This document shows positions 1 to 9,711 of a stretch of DNA of 64,000 nt, piece by piece. The stretch is from an uncultured delta proteobacterium (GTDB lineage: Bacteria; Myxococcota_A; UBA9160; SMWR01): positions 320,001 through 384,000 of the forward strand of contig CAWHTE010000007.1 of assembly GCA_963832165.1 (NCBI GenBank), given 5' to 3'. Every line of letters begins with the position of its first letter. Within the stretch, counting starts at the first letter, position 1. The notes under the pieces are model-generated. The model saw only the letters and a list, made by a program, of their open reading frames with translations, was not told the DNA's origin and ran no database searches. The position numbers and the translations under genes are program-made.

Positions 1-541
1 CACATCGTGATGAACTGCTTCGTGCTCTGGATGTTCGGTGCGCCGCTCGCGATGGCCTGGGGGGCGAAGCGATTCCTGCGCTTCTACCTGATCTGCGGCG
101 TCGGCGCGGGCGTGTTCATCGCGACCGTCCCGTACCTGCTCTACGCGCTCGGCGCGCCGCGCTGTGACGCTCTCGATTCCCACGCTCGGCGCCTCCGGTG
201 CGATCTACGGCGTGATCCTCGCGTACTCGCTCACCTGGCCCGAGCGCACGATCATGCTGATCTTCCCTCCGGTCGCGTTCCGCGCGATCTGGCTGATTCC
301 CGCGCTGTTCTTCATGTCGCTCTTGTTCGACCCGGGCAACGTGAGCCACGTCGGACATCTGTCCGGCGCCGCGGTGGGCTGGTTCTTCCTGCGCAGCACC
401 GGCGACGCGGGCGCGCAGCAGTTCTCGCTCGCGATGATCAAGCACCGCTGGCGCCGCTGGCGCATGCGCCAAAAGCTCCGGGCCGTGCAGTACGAAGAAT
501 GGGAGTCGAAACGGCGCGAGCGGGACCGCCGCTTCCACTGA
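1..541 (+). CDS. Rhomboid family intramembrane serine protease (5'-truncated by window; apparent frameshift near 150-165)
   Basis: HIVMN (HxxxN) motif in frame 1. GASG catalytic Ser and SHVGHLSG His motif in ORF 164..541. Hydrophobic helices throughout. Confidence 0.85.
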
Positions 542-553
542 GATGCCATCAAG

Positions 554-1438
554 ATGAGCTGGGGACGCGACCGAGATCACGACGAAGAGCCGGCGCAGGG
601 CCTGAAGGCGCTGTTGCGGAGTCTTCTGCCCGGGATTCCCTGGGCGGAGCGCGCCGAGACCAAAGAGACGAAGGTGTTTCCGGCGCCGAAGAGCCACGTG
701 TTCAAGGTCCACAACTCGAACGGCGTCACGCGGATCACGGGCGAGGACCGCGACGACATCGAGGTCACCGCGCACAAGACCGCGCGCGCAGAATCGCGCG
801 AGGCCGCCGAGGCACTGCTCGGGGAGATCCGGCTCGCCGTCTACGACATGAACGACAAGCTCGGCCTCGAGGTCGAGGTGCCGCGCAAGTGGAACCGCCG
901 CGGCAGCGCGAACCTGTGCATCAAGCTGCCGCGCGCGATGGAGGTGTGGGTCGCCGCCGCAAACGGGCGCATCGACGTCGAGGGGATCCGCGGGCTCGTG
1001 CGCGCCAAGTCGACGAACGGGTCGGCGAAGGTCAGCGACGTGATCGGCGACATCGAGATCAACACCACCAACGCCAAGGTCTCGTGCTCGTGTACGTGCG
1101 GCAAGCTGATCGCGCGCTCGAGCAACGGCAAGATCGAGATCGAGCAGCATCGCGGCTCGGTGGACGCTTCGACGAGCAACGGGCTGATCCGCGCCTCGCT
1201 CGACGACCTCGGCGCCGAGGGCGTTCAGCTCGCCACGAGCAACGGCCGGATCGTGCTCGACCTGCCCGAGCACGTCGATGCGGACGTCGACATCCGCGTC
1301 GACAACGGCGTGATCCGCAACGACCGCGAGCTGTGTCCGAAGGGCCGCGAGACCAACGGCCGCGTCGCAGGTCGGCTCGGCCTCGGCGGCAAGCTGATCA
1401 AGCTGCGGACTTCGAACGGGTCAGTGTCGCTGCACTGA
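554..1438 (+). CDS. DUF4097-type beta-strand repeat (adhesin-like) protein
   Basis: Repeated (T/S)xNG turns (NSNG, AANG, STNG, SSNG, TSNG) between short beta-strands. Confidence 0.75.
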   Translation: MSWGRDRDHDEEPAQGLKALLRSLLPGIPWAERAETKETKVFPAPKSHVFKVHNSNGVTRITGEDRDDIEVTAHKTARAESREAAEALLGEIRLAVYDMNDKLGLEVEVPRKWNRRGSANLCIKLPRAMEVWVAAANGRIDVEGIRGLVRAKSTNGSAKVSDVIGDIEINTTNAKVSCSCTCGKLIARSSNGKIEIEQHRGSVDASTSNGLIRASLDDLGAEGVQLATSNGRIVLDLPEHVDADVDIRVDNGVIRNDRELCPKGRETNGRVAGRLGLGGKLIKLRTSNGSVSLH

Positions 1439-1448
1439 CCCTGCGAAG

Positions 1449-2489
1449 TCAGGGCTGACCGAGCGGGCGGCGGATCTTCTCGCCCTCGCGCTCGAACACG
1501 ACGCCCGACGGCTCGATCGCCGAGACGATCAATCCGTCGATCACGTCGCCCTCGACGACGCGCTGCGCGTCGGTCTCGCCGGGAACGCGCAGCCACGCAC
1601 TGCGGCGATCCGCGAGCGGATGCCACTGCGTCTTCTCGACCGAGACCGCGATCGTCGGGACCGCGGGCGGCGCGGGTACAGGTGCGCGCGCCTCTTTCGC
1701 GGGCGCACGCCGCGCGACGGGCTTGGACGGCGCGGACTTCGCAGCCGCGACCTTCGGCGCGGGTGCCGGCGCGGGTGCGGGCTCCGCGGCGGGCGCTTGC
1801 GCGACGGGCGGAGGAGCCGGCGGAGCGACCGGAGCCGGCACGGGCTCGGGAGCCGTCGGCGCTGCGGCGCTCGCGATCGGCGCGGGTGCGGGCGCGGCCG
1901 AAGCCACTTCCACGGGTGCGGACTGCGCCTCCTGCACGGGCACGGGATCCGGCGAGATCGGCGGTGCGGGCGGCACGGGCGCGGGAGGCAGTCCGCGACG
2001 CGCTCGCTCGGCCGCGTTGTATTCCGCGAGCGCCGCCTGACGCGCGCGCTCCGCGGCGGCCGAGTTCGTCACGGGCCGCACCGAGCCCGGAGCGGGATCC
2101 CCCGAATCCGGCTCCATCGGCTCGCTGTCGGACATGCGCGGAAGCGCGTCGGGACGGTCGACGAGCTCCACGTCGGACGCGAACGCCTGATCGGGCAGCC
2201 CGGGGACTCGCGCGGGCTCGGGCGGCGCGACCGCGGTCGGCGGAGCCACCGCGGGAGCTGCCGAGGCGACCACGGGCGCCGGGGTCTGATTTCCGAACAG
2301 CCACCAGATCACGCCGCCGCCCGCGCCGACGCCGAGCACCAGCGACAACGCGGCGGCGAGCCAGCCGGTGCGGCGCGAGCGCAGCGCGCCACGCGGGGCG
2401 CTCGCGATCTGCTCGCGCAGCGGACGAGGCTCCTCGCTGGCGGCCTTCTCCTCTTCCAGCCGGCGCAGCGCCTTGAGGATCGTGCTCAA
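1449..2489 (-). CDS. GspB/ExeB-like type II secretion accessory protein
   Basis: N-terminus MSTILKALRRLEEEK, one TM helix, Pro/Ala-rich linker, C-terminal VVEGDVIDGLIVSAIEPSGVVF domain. Coupled to the upstream ExeA-like gene. Confidence 0.7.
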   Translation of the reverse strand: MSTILKALRRLEEEKAASEEPRPLREQIASAPRGALRSRRTGWLAAALSLVLGVGAGGGVIWWLFGNQTPAPVVASAAPAVAPPTAVAPPEPARVPGLPDQAFASDVELVDRPDALPRMSDSEPMEPDSGDPAPGSVRPVTNSAAAERARQAALAEYNAAERARRGLPPAPVPPAPPISPDPVPVQEAQSAPVEVASAAPAPAPIASAAAPTAPEPVPAPVAPPAPPPVAQAPAAEPAPAPAPAPKVAAAKSAPSKPVARRAPAKEARAPVPAPPAVPTIAVSVEKTQWHPLADRRSAWLRVPGETDAQRVVEGDVIDGLIVSAIEPSGVVFEREGEKIRRPLGQP

Positions 2490-3352
2490 TCGGACCTCTT
2501 CCTGGCCAGCATCCGCCAGCGCGGCTTCACTCTCCCGCGCCGCCGGCTCCGGGCGCGCAGGATCTCTCGGGCGGCGCGGCCCACGTGCGCGCGCTCGACC
2601 CGCAAAGAGCCGTCAGCATAGCCCGCGAGCAGAGCGCGGTCCGCGAGCAGGTTGACCAGGCGCGGCACGCCGCGCGAGCGGCGGCGCAGCTCGCGCAGCG
2701 CCGCGGGCGTGAACAGATCGGTTTCGCTGCCCGCGGCGATCCGCAGGCGATGGAGCACGTAGTCGCACGCTTCGGGGTCCGTGAGCGGGTCGAGCCGCCA
2801 GCGCACGCCGATGCGCTGGCGCAGCTGGCGCAGCTCCGGCGAGTCGAGCAGCGCGTCGAGCTCCGGCTGCCCGAACAGCACGATCTGGAGCAGCTTCTCC
2901 GTGGTGGTCTCGAGGTTCGAGAGCATGCGCAGCTCTTCGAGCGTATCGACGGGCAGGTTCTGCGCCTCGTCGACGAGCAGCAGCACGCGCCGGTGATTGC
3001 GGCTCGCATCGAGCAGGAAGCGGTTGAGCTGGTCGAGCAGCTCTGCGCGCGTGCCTTCGCACGGCAGGGCGAGCTCGCGCGAGACCGCCTGCAAGAGCTC
3101 GAGCCCCGTGAGCCGCGGGTTGAACAGGTACGCCACCTCGGAGTCCGCGCCGAGCCGCTCGAGCAACGTGCGGCACAGCGTGGTCTTGCCCGTGCCGACC
3201 TCGCCCGTGACCGCGATGAAGCCCTCGCCCTGCTCGATTCCGTAGAGCAGGTGGGCGAGCGCCTCGCGATGCGAGCTGGAGAGGTAGAGGAAGCGCGGGT
3301 CGGGCGTCAGAGAGAACGGCTTCTCTCGCAGCCCGTAGTGCCGGATGTACAT
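2486..3352 (-). CDS. ExeA/GspA family AAA ATPase
   Basis: MYIRHYGLREKPFSLTPDPRFLY N-terminus, Walker A GEVGTGKT, Walker B LLVDEAQ, LFGQPEL and GVPRLVN motifs. Confidence 0.9.
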   Translation of the reverse strand: MYIRHYGLREKPFSLTPDPRFLYLSSSHREALAHLLYGIEQGEGFIAVTGEVGTGKTTLCRTLLERLGADSEVAYLFNPRLTGLELLQAVSRELALPCEGTRAELLDQLNRFLLDASRNHRRVLLLVDEAQNLPVDTLEELRMLSNLETTTEKLLQIVLFGQPELDALLDSPELRQLRQRIGVRWRLDPLTDPEACDYVLHRLRIAAGSETDLFTPAALRELRRRSRGVPRLVNLLADRALLAGYADGSLRVERAHVGRAAREILRARSRRRGRVKPRWRMLARKRSD

Positions 3353-3430
3353 TAGGCGCCCTCGCCCCTCGCGGGTGCGTGCGCGCACCCAGCTTCCTTT
3401 TCGGCATACGCCCGATACAAAAGAGCGCGC

Positions 3431-4276
3431 ATGACGACCGAGGCCCGCACCCGAGCCCGCAGCGCCCCGGCCGGCGCGGACGTGGGCGCCACGCTCGTGA
3501 AGCTCGCCGTGCGCGGAGCGGGCGGGGAGACCACCACCGAGACCCTGCCCGCCGATGCGCTCGATGCGGTCGCACAGCGGCTGGACGAGCTGGCGCCGAG
3601 CGGGCTCGGCCTCACGGGAGGCGGCGCGCCGCGACTCGCCGCGCGCCTCGCGCGGCCGGCCGTGATGGTGGACGAGTTCGAGGCCTGGGCCGAGGGCGCC
3701 CGCCAGCTGCTCGCGCGCGAGGCGCCGGAGCGCTTCCTCGTGGTGTCGGTCGGCACGGGGACGTCGGCGCTCCTGGTCGAGCCCGGCCGCGTCACGCGCG
3801 CGGGCGGAACCGCGCTGGGCGGCGGCACGATCGTGGGTCTGGCCAGTGCGCTATGCCGCGAGCGCGACTTCGACGCGATCGCGGCACTCGCGCAGCGCGG
3901 CGATCGCCGCCGCGTCGATCTCCTGATCCGCGACATCTACCCGACCGGCGACTTCCTGCTGCCGGGCGACATCAATGCGGCCTCGTTCGCAAAGCTCGCG
4001 CGCCCGGACAGTGAGCCCGCCGCCGCGGCCGATCTCGCGCACGGGATCATGGGTCTGGTCGGCGAGAACGTCGGGCTGATCTGCGCGGGGCTCGCCGCGC
4101 GCCACTCCGTCGAGCTGATCGCGTTCGGCGGCTCCACGCTGCGCGCGAATCCGACGCTCACCGCGATCCTGGGCGCGGTGAGCGCAATGCTCGGGCGCTC
4201 GCCCCGATTCCTCGCTGAAGGGCAGTACGCGGGCGCGGTTGGCGCGCTCGCGATCGCCGAGGCCGCTACGGGGTGA
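3431..4276 (+). CDS. Type II (Fumble/CoaW-like) pantothenate kinase
   Basis: DVGATLVK, TGGGA, VDEFEAWAEG, VSVGTGTS, GGTALGGGT and ASFAK motifs. Confidence 0.8.
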   Translation: MTTEARTRARSAPAGADVGATLVKLAVRGAGGETTTETLPADALDAVAQRLDELAPSGLGLTGGGAPRLAARLARPAVMVDEFEAWAEGARQLLAREAPERFLVVSVGTGTSALLVEPGRVTRAGGTALGGGTIVGLASALCRERDFDAIAALAQRGDRRRVDLLIRDIYPTGDFLLPGDINAASFAKLARPDSEPAAAADLAHGIMGLVGENVGLICAGLAARHSVELIAFGGSTLRANPTLTAILGAVSAMLGRSPRFLAEGQYAGAVGALAIAEAATG

Positions 4277-6104
4277 CGCGGGTCTTGGCCTGCGTGTCGC
4301 CGTCGCGCAGCGCGGGCTCGGACGCTTTGTCTTCCTCGCCGCGGTTCATCGTGCGCAGTGCGCGCTGGGTGCGCGCGATCGCCGCGCGCTGAACGCGCAG
4401 CTCCTCGCTCTGCGCGGCAACCTGGCGCTCGAGCTTCTCGCGCGCCTCGTTCGACTCGTCGAGTCGCGCCTCGAGCGTCGCGATCTTGCGCTCGAGTTCC
4501 TGGAACATGCGGGTGAAGTCGGGCGAGGGTGCCGGTGACGGTGCCGCTGAGCCTCCCATGCGGGCGGCGGGCGGAGTCATGCGCCGGGGCATTTCCATTT
4601 CCTGTTCCATCGGAGCGTCTCCCTCTGTCGCATCGGAGTCACCGGGTGAATCGCCGGCGTCATCGAAGAGCGAATTTTCGGCTGCTGCGGGCTGCGCTGC
4701 GGGGCGCAGCGGCGCGGCGGGCCACAGTGGCCCGGCCGGCTTCTCGAACAACCCTCCGAACGGGCTGTTCGAAGTGATCGGCGTGTCGGCGACGTCGTCC
4801 ATCGCGAATCCGCCGGAGGGGATCCGCCCGGACGCTTCGGAGAACTCGTCGTCGGAGCTCTCCTCTACTTCGTCTGCGATGGCAGTGACGTCGAGGTCGT
4901 TCGGAAGCGCGCGGCGGCGGCGCAGCACCAGCACGATCGTGCCCAGACCCAGCAGCGCCGCGGCGGCCGCGCCCATCCAGATCGGATCGCTCGTGAGTCG
5001 CTCGCTCCAGCCCATCTCGGGCTCGGACGGCGCAGCCGGTGTCACCTGCGGCGCAGGCACCGGCTTGGGTACCGGAGCCGGCAGCGCCGCTGTGGGCGGC
5101 ATGGGCTTCGGCTCGGCCGGCGGGAGCTTCGCGACACCCTCCGGTGTCGGAGGAACGGCCGGCGGCGGCGTGATCGCGCTCGGTGTGGGTACGGGCGCCT
5201 GCGCCGACTGAGGCGGCGTGATCGCGGGCCCCTCGAGCTTCGCCCCGGGCGCGGTCGGGCTCGGCGGAGCCGGCGGTAGCGCCGGGGTCGGCGCCGGAGT
5301 CGCAGCGGCCTTCGGCGCTTCGGCCGTCTTCAGTGCTTCGGGAGCCGGTGCGGGCTTCGGGGCCTGCGCGGTCTTCGGAACCTCGGGAACAGGTGCGGGC
5401 TTCGGGGCCTGCGCGGTCTTCGGAGCCTCGGGAACGGGTGCGGGCTTCGGAGCCTCGGGAACGGGTGCGGGCTTCGGAGCCTGCGCCGTCTTCGGCGCTT
5501 CGGGAGCCGGCGAGGCCTTGGGCGCGGGGGCCGGGGCGGGCGGGGTGGGCTTCGCCGAAGACCCCGCGTGCCGGATCTCCGCGATCTTGCTCTGGGGCTT
5601 CGTCTCGGCCGGCTTGGCCTCCGGAGCCTTGGTCGCAGCGGGCTTGCTCTGCGCGGCCTTGGTCTCTGTCGGCTTGCTCTGTGCGGGCTTGCCCGCGGCC
5701 GCGAGCGCCGTCTCGGGCTTCATCACATCGAGCACGATCCGAGGCGGATCGGACATCATCATCTCGCGCACTCGCAGGCCCGACTGGCGCAGCGCGATGT
5801 GCGCGCGCGCCTTGGTGCCGGCGTCGACCTTCACGCCGCGGACGTCGCCAGACGAACGCAGCTCGCGCGCCGACGACGACGCCTCGATCGTGATCCGCAG
5901 CTCGGGCGCCGCGTCAGTGCCGACGCGCTCCACGCGGTAGCCAGCGCGGCCGTCGAGCTCGAACACGATGCGCGTGTACTTCGGATGCGCGCCCACGCGC
6001 ACCGCGGTGATCTGCGCCGCCAGGGCCGGAACCGCCGTGCACAGCGCTGCCACCGCGGCGAGCGCGGGAAGCATGCGCGGGCGGCGATGGTGCGGCAGGT
6101 GCAT
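4266..6104 (-). CDS. AMIN-like domain protein with signal peptide, Pro-rich repeat stalk, TM helix and cytoplasmic coiled-coil tail
   Basis: Signal peptide ending ALA-AQ. VRVGAHPKYTRIVFEL...DPPRIVLDV resembles AMIN. TM IWMGAAAAALLGLGTIVLVL. C-terminal heptads. Confidence 0.6.
   Translation of the reverse strand: MHLPHHRRPRMLPALAAVAALCTAVPALAAQITAVRVGAHPKYTRIVFELDGRAGYRVERVGTDAAPELRITIEASSSARELRSSGDVRGVKVDAGTKARAHIALRQSGLRVREMMMSDPPRIVLDVMKPETALAAAGKPAQSKPTETKAAQSKPAATKAPEAKPAETKPQSKIAEIRHAGSSAKPTPPAPAPAPKASPAPEAPKTAQAPKPAPVPEAPKPAPVPEAPKTAQAPKPAPVPEVPKTAQAPKPAPAPEALKTAEAPKAAATPAPTPALPPAPPSPTAPGAKLEGPAITPPQSAQAPVPTPSAITPPPAVPPTPEGVAKLPPAEPKPMPPTAALPAPVPKPVPAPQVTPAAPSEPEMGWSERLTSDPIWMGAAAAALLGLGTIVLVLRRRRALPNDLDVTAIADEVEESSDDEFSEASGRIPSGGFAMDDVADTPITSNSPFGGLFEKPAGPLWPAAPLRPAAQPAAAENSLFDDAGDSPGDSDATEGDAPMEQEMEMPRRMTPPAARMGGSAAPSPAPSPDFTRMFQELERKIATLEARLDESNEAREKLERQVAAQSEELRVQRAAIARTQRALRTMNRGEEDKASEPALRDGDTQAKTRVTP
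5310..5500 (-). repeat. Intragenic tandem repeat encoding PAP(V/A)PEAPKTAQAPK-type units (45-nt units with a 24-nt sub-unit)
   Basis: Recurrent ggtgcgggcttcgg(g/a)gcct and gcggtcttcgga blocks on the + strand. Confidence 0.8.
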
Positions 6105-6229
6105 CGGGCAGGCGTACTCCGAGCCTGGATAGGCCCCTTCTGATGCGCAGCGTATCGGCAACGCGCCGGCAGCGCTTGACCGCAATCAGGAGGTGCGGCG
6201 CGGGTTCCGGAAGGGGTGCGGCTTAATGC

Positions 6230-7033
6230 CTACGCCTGCTTCCCGGGCCCTCGCGGAGGCTCCGCGAGCAGCGCCGACACCTGCGCGATCGCGCGCGCGA
6301 TACGAGGACCGTACCAGGAGATCAGCGTGCCATCGAGGCAGTGGATGCGGCCCGCGGCCGCGGCGGGAATCGCGAGCGCGGAGAGCTCCGCGACGTCGCG
6401 CGCGCCGAACGCGTAGGGCTCGTCCGGCAACAGGATCACCTCGGGCTGCGCCACAGCGATCTCTGCCTCGTCCACGATCGGGTAGCGGCGCTCGCTGTGA
6501 TCGCGAAACACATTCAGGCCGCCGCATAACGCGATCAGATCGTCCGCGTAGGTGTCGGCGCCGACCGCCATCCACGGCCGCTTCCAGATCGCGCAGAACA
6601 CGCGCGGGCGGCGCGCGGGCGCGCTGCTCTGCGCGCGCTCTAGCGCGATCTCGAGCGAGCGAAGCAGCGGCTGTGCGCGCTCGGGCGGTGCACCGAGCTC
6701 CGCGAGCTCGCGCACGAGCGCGACGCCGTCCGCGACGGTGCGCGGGTAGGTCACCCACACAGGGACGCCCGCGTCGCGCAAGCGCTCGACGTCGCGCTCG
6801 CGGTTCTCCTCCTGGTTCGCGATCACGAGGTCGGGGCGCAGCTCGAGGATGCGCGCGATCGACGGATTCTTCGTGCCGCCGACCTTGGGCAGCTCCGCGA
6901 CGGCGTCGGCCGGATGGATACACCAATCCGTGACACCCACGACGCGCGGCCCGAGTCCGAGCTCGAACAACGCCTCGGTGAGGCTCGGCACCAGCGAGAC
7001 GATCCGACGCGCTGCGGCTTGATCCGCGCTCAC
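6230..7033 (-). CDS. BtuF/cobalamin-type helical-backbone metal receptor (no signal peptide evident)
   Basis: RIVSLVPSLTEALFELG, VVGVTDWCIHP, VGGTKNP, PDLVIANQEEN, SWYGPR. GTG start overlaps the arsA stop. Confidence 0.8.
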   Translation of the reverse strand: MSADQAAARRIVSLVPSLTEALFELGLGPRVVGVTDWCIHPADAVAELPKVGGTKNPSIARILELRPDLVIANQEENRERDVERLRDAGVPVWVTYPRTVADGVALVRELAELGAPPERAQPLLRSLEIALERAQSSAPARRPRVFCAIWKRPWMAVGADTYADDLIALCGGLNVFRDHSERRYPIVDEAEIAVAQPEVILLPDEPYAFGARDVAELSALAIPAAAAGRIHCLDGTLISWYGPRIARAIAQVSALLAEPPRGPGKQA

Positions 7034-8205
7034 GGCGCGGCGGCGCGCTCCCGAGCGAAGCGCACCTCGAGCACGCCGTCGCACCAGCGCGTGTCCGCGA
7101 TCGGCAGGCCACCGATCGAGCTCGGCAGCGCGAAGCGGCGCTCGAAGTCTCGCACGGAGACGAACAGGTCGTGGCCGTGGATCCAGACGTCCACCTCGTC
7201 GGCGCGCGCGCTCGGCAGGTCGATCTCGAGCAGCGCCGCGCCGTCGCGTTTGGTGAGGCGCACCGGTCGCCGGCGCACGAACAGCTCCGCGGGGTCGCGC
7301 TCGCCGTAGACCATGCGCCCGAGCGCGCGCAGCGCATCCACTCCGCGCACCTCGCTGGGCAGGAGCGGCGCGAACAGCTGCGGCACCGGGAACGACTTCT
7401 CGATGTCCGCGAGCTCGCTCCGCTCGCGCTCGGCCCAGCGCGCGAAGTAGCCGTTCGCAGCCGTCTCGGGCAGAAGCCGGTTCACGAGCACGGCGTCGGT
7501 CGCCACGCCGTAGAGGCAGAGATAGGCGAACGATCGGCGCGTCTCGTCCACCACGACGCGCGCGGGGTTCACGACCAGCCGTGCGCTCGTGCGATCCTCG
7601 TCGAGCAGGATCTGGCGCACGCTCTCGACCTCGGCGTACAGGCGCTCGAACGCATCGAACACCGACTCGGGTGCCACGAACCGGCCCGCGCCCAGACGCT
7701 CGGCCACGGGCCGCAGCATGCGCGCGGTGCGGCGCTCCCACTGCCAGAGGTTCTCCATGAGATGGCGCAGCACGTCGGGCAGACGCAGCATGCGCAGCGT
7801 GGATCCGGTCGGCGCGCAGTCGACCACGCACACGTCGTGCTTTCCGGCGACCTCCACCTCGTGCACCGCGCGCAGCGCCACGAGCTCTTCGAGACCCGGA
7901 AACACCAGCAGCTCCTCGGCCGCGAGGCTGTCGGATTCGAATAGCGCCGTCTGGAGCCACGCCTGGATTTCCGACCACGAACGGTCGAGCTCGGCGAGCG
8001 CCGACACCTCCTGCGCGCAGACGCGCTCCGAGATCGGCACGAGGCGCGGCCCGACCTCGCGCCCGAGCGCGTCGCCGAGACTGTGCGCCGCGTCGGTCGA
8101 GATCACCGCGCAGCGGTGACCGTGCTCCGCCGCAGCGAGCGCGGTGGCGAGCGCCATGCTCGTCTTGCCGACGCCGCCCTTGCCCGTGAGCAGCAGCACG
8201 CGCAT
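7030..8205 (-). CDS. ArsA/Get3 family ATPase with C-terminal HSP20-like domain
   Basis: GKGGVGKT, STDAAHSLGD, DCAPTG. C-terminal beta domain LLEIDLP...FERRFALP...GVLEVRF. Confidence 0.88.
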   Translation of the reverse strand: MRVLLLTGKGGVGKTSMALATALAAAEHGHRCAVISTDAAHSLGDALGREVGPRLVPISERVCAQEVSALAELDRSWSEIQAWLQTALFESDSLAAEELLVFPGLEELVALRAVHEVEVAGKHDVCVVDCAPTGSTLRMLRLPDVLRHLMENLWQWERRTARMLRPVAERLGAGRFVAPESVFDAFERLYAEVESVRQILLDEDRTSARLVVNPARVVVDETRRSFAYLCLYGVATDAVLVNRLLPETAANGYFARWAERERSELADIEKSFPVPQLFAPLLPSEVRGVDALRALGRMVYGERDPAELFVRRRPVRLTKRDGAALLEIDLPSARADEVDVWIHGHDLFVSVRDFERRFALPSSIGGLPIADTRWCDGVLEVRFARERAAAP

Positions 8206-9386
8206 CAGACGGCCTCGGCCGCGCGCTCGAAGCGGACGTGCAGCGTGCCGCCGTCGACGCGCGCCGCGCGCAGCTGGAGCGGCGCGAAGCGGCGCGGCAG
8301 CGTGAGCTTGCGGCGGCGCGCGGGCGTCGAGATCACGAGGTCGCCGTCGATCACGGCCACGTCGAGTTGCGCCGGGTCGACCCCGGGCATCGGCACGCGC
8401 ACCCAGTAGGCGCCGCGCTCGCGCGCGAAGCGGATCGGCTGTGCGCGCGACAGCACCGCATCGGGCGGCGTGTCGCCGAACAGCGCGCGACCGTGCGCGG
8501 CGAGCCGTTCGAGGCCCACCACCTCGTCGTCCTGGAGCGGCGCCCGGAACACGGGCAGCGGGCTGAACAGGCTCTCGACCTCGGCGAGCCGCTCGGCCTG
8601 CACGCGCCCCCAGTCGGCGAAGAAGGGCTCGCGCAGCGCTTCGTCCGGGAGCATGCGGTTCACGACCACGGCGTCGCACGCCACCTCGAACAGCGCGAGC
8701 TCGGTGTGCGCGCGGCGCGCCTCGTCGATCACCATGCGCTCGGACGTCACCACGAGACGCACGGTGGTCTCCGGCGCGGAGAGCCGCGCGCGCAGCGCCG
8801 CGAGGTTCCGGTAGACCAGCTCCTCCGCCTCGCCGAACACCGCGGGCTCGGGCAGCGGCGCCGCCATCAGGCGCTTGGCAATCGGCAGCGCGATCCCCGA
8901 GAACGTGCCCGCGAGCTGGAGCGCGAGCCGCACCATGCCGCTCGCCACTTCGGGCAGCGTCACGAGGCGCAGCGCCGCATCCGTGGGCGCGCAGTCGAGC
9001 ACGAGCAGGTCGAAGGCCCCGCTCTCGGCGAGCTGCTCGACTGCGAGCAGCGTCGTGAGCTCCTCCGCGCCCGGCAGCATCGCGAGCTCTTCCGCGACGG
9101 CCGCCTCGATTCCCTGATGGCGGAACGTGCGCTCGAGAAAATGCTGGATGCGGCCCCAGTGGCGCGCGCTCTCGACGCGCGGGTCGATCTCGAGCCCGTA
9201 CAGCCCCGGCGCGAGCCGACGCGGCTCGGGGCCGAGCCGCACACCCACCACGTCGCCGAGGCTGTGCGCGACGTCGGCCGATGCGACCAGCGTGCGCAAG
9301 CCGCTCTCGGCCGCGACCACTGCGGCCGCGGCGGCCGTGGTCGTCTTGCCGACGCCCCCCTTGCCCGTGTAGAGGACGAGCCGCAC
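8205..9386 (-). CDS. ArsA/Get3 family ATPase with C-terminal HSP20-like domain (paralog)
   Basis: GKGGVGKT, SADVAHSLGD, DCAPT. C-terminal RRRKLTLP...GTLHVRF. Confidence 0.88.
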   Translation of the reverse strand: MRLVLYTGKGGVGKTTTAAAAAVVAAESGLRTLVASADVAHSLGDVVGVRLGPEPRRLAPGLYGLEIDPRVESARHWGRIQHFLERTFRHQGIEAAVAEELAMLPGAEELTTLLAVEQLAESGAFDLLVLDCAPTDAALRLVTLPEVASGMVRLALQLAGTFSGIALPIAKRLMAAPLPEPAVFGEAEELVYRNLAALRARLSAPETTVRLVVTSERMVIDEARRAHTELALFEVACDAVVVNRMLPDEALREPFFADWGRVQAERLAEVESLFSPLPVFRAPLQDDEVVGLERLAAHGRALFGDTPPDAVLSRAQPIRFARERGAYWVRVPMPGVDPAQLDVAVIDGDLVISTPARRRKLTLPRRFAPLQLRAARVDGGTLHVRFERAAEAV

Positions 9387-9398
9387 CGCCCGACGGTA

Positions 9399-9662
9399 TC
9401 ACGCCGCGCTCGCGACCTCCGGCTGCACCGCCGGCGACGACACGCGCACCGCGACACGCGCAAGCGCGGGAACCTCGCGCAGCGGCTGCGTCCAGCGGTG
9501 CTGGCAGCGCGGACATTCCGCGAGCAGGAGCCAGCTGCTGGTCTCCGCTCGCCCCTGGCTCGCTGCGCGCGGCTTGCCGCCGTACTCGACGGCGTCGGTG
9601 CGCACCTCGAGCGACCCGCACACCGCACACGCGGCTCCCGGAATCGCAAGCCTGTTCTGCAT
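9399..9662 (-). CDS. Small putative Zn-ribbon protein carrying an in-frame repeat insertion
   Basis: CAVC...CPRC pairs. First gene of the arsA unit. Confidence 0.55.
   Translation of the reverse strand: MQNRLAIPGAACAVCGSLEVRTDAVEYGGKPRAASQGRAETSSWLLLAECPRCQHRWTQPLREVPALARVAVRVSSPAVQPEVASAA
9540..9577 (-). repeat. Diverged copy of the dispersed 38-bp element, in frame inside the Zn-ribbon ORF
   Basis: Minus strand GCAAGCCGCGCGCAGCGAGCCAGGGGCGAGCGGAGACC: same length as consensus, 31/38 identical. Confidence 0.75.
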
Positions 9663-9711
9663 ACGAAGCGCCTCCCTGTTCGATCTCGTCGCAAGGAGGT
9701 TTCCGCGAGGG

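Noticed and set aside
1439..1454. CCCTG-CGAAGT-CAGGG hairpin between convergent genes as a terminator
   Set aside because: Only a 5-bp stem with no U-tract.
7030..9386. Arsenic-resistance operon
   Set aside because: No arsB/acr3/arsC/arsR/arsD genes. The single-domain HSP20-tailed architecture fits Get3-like proteins.
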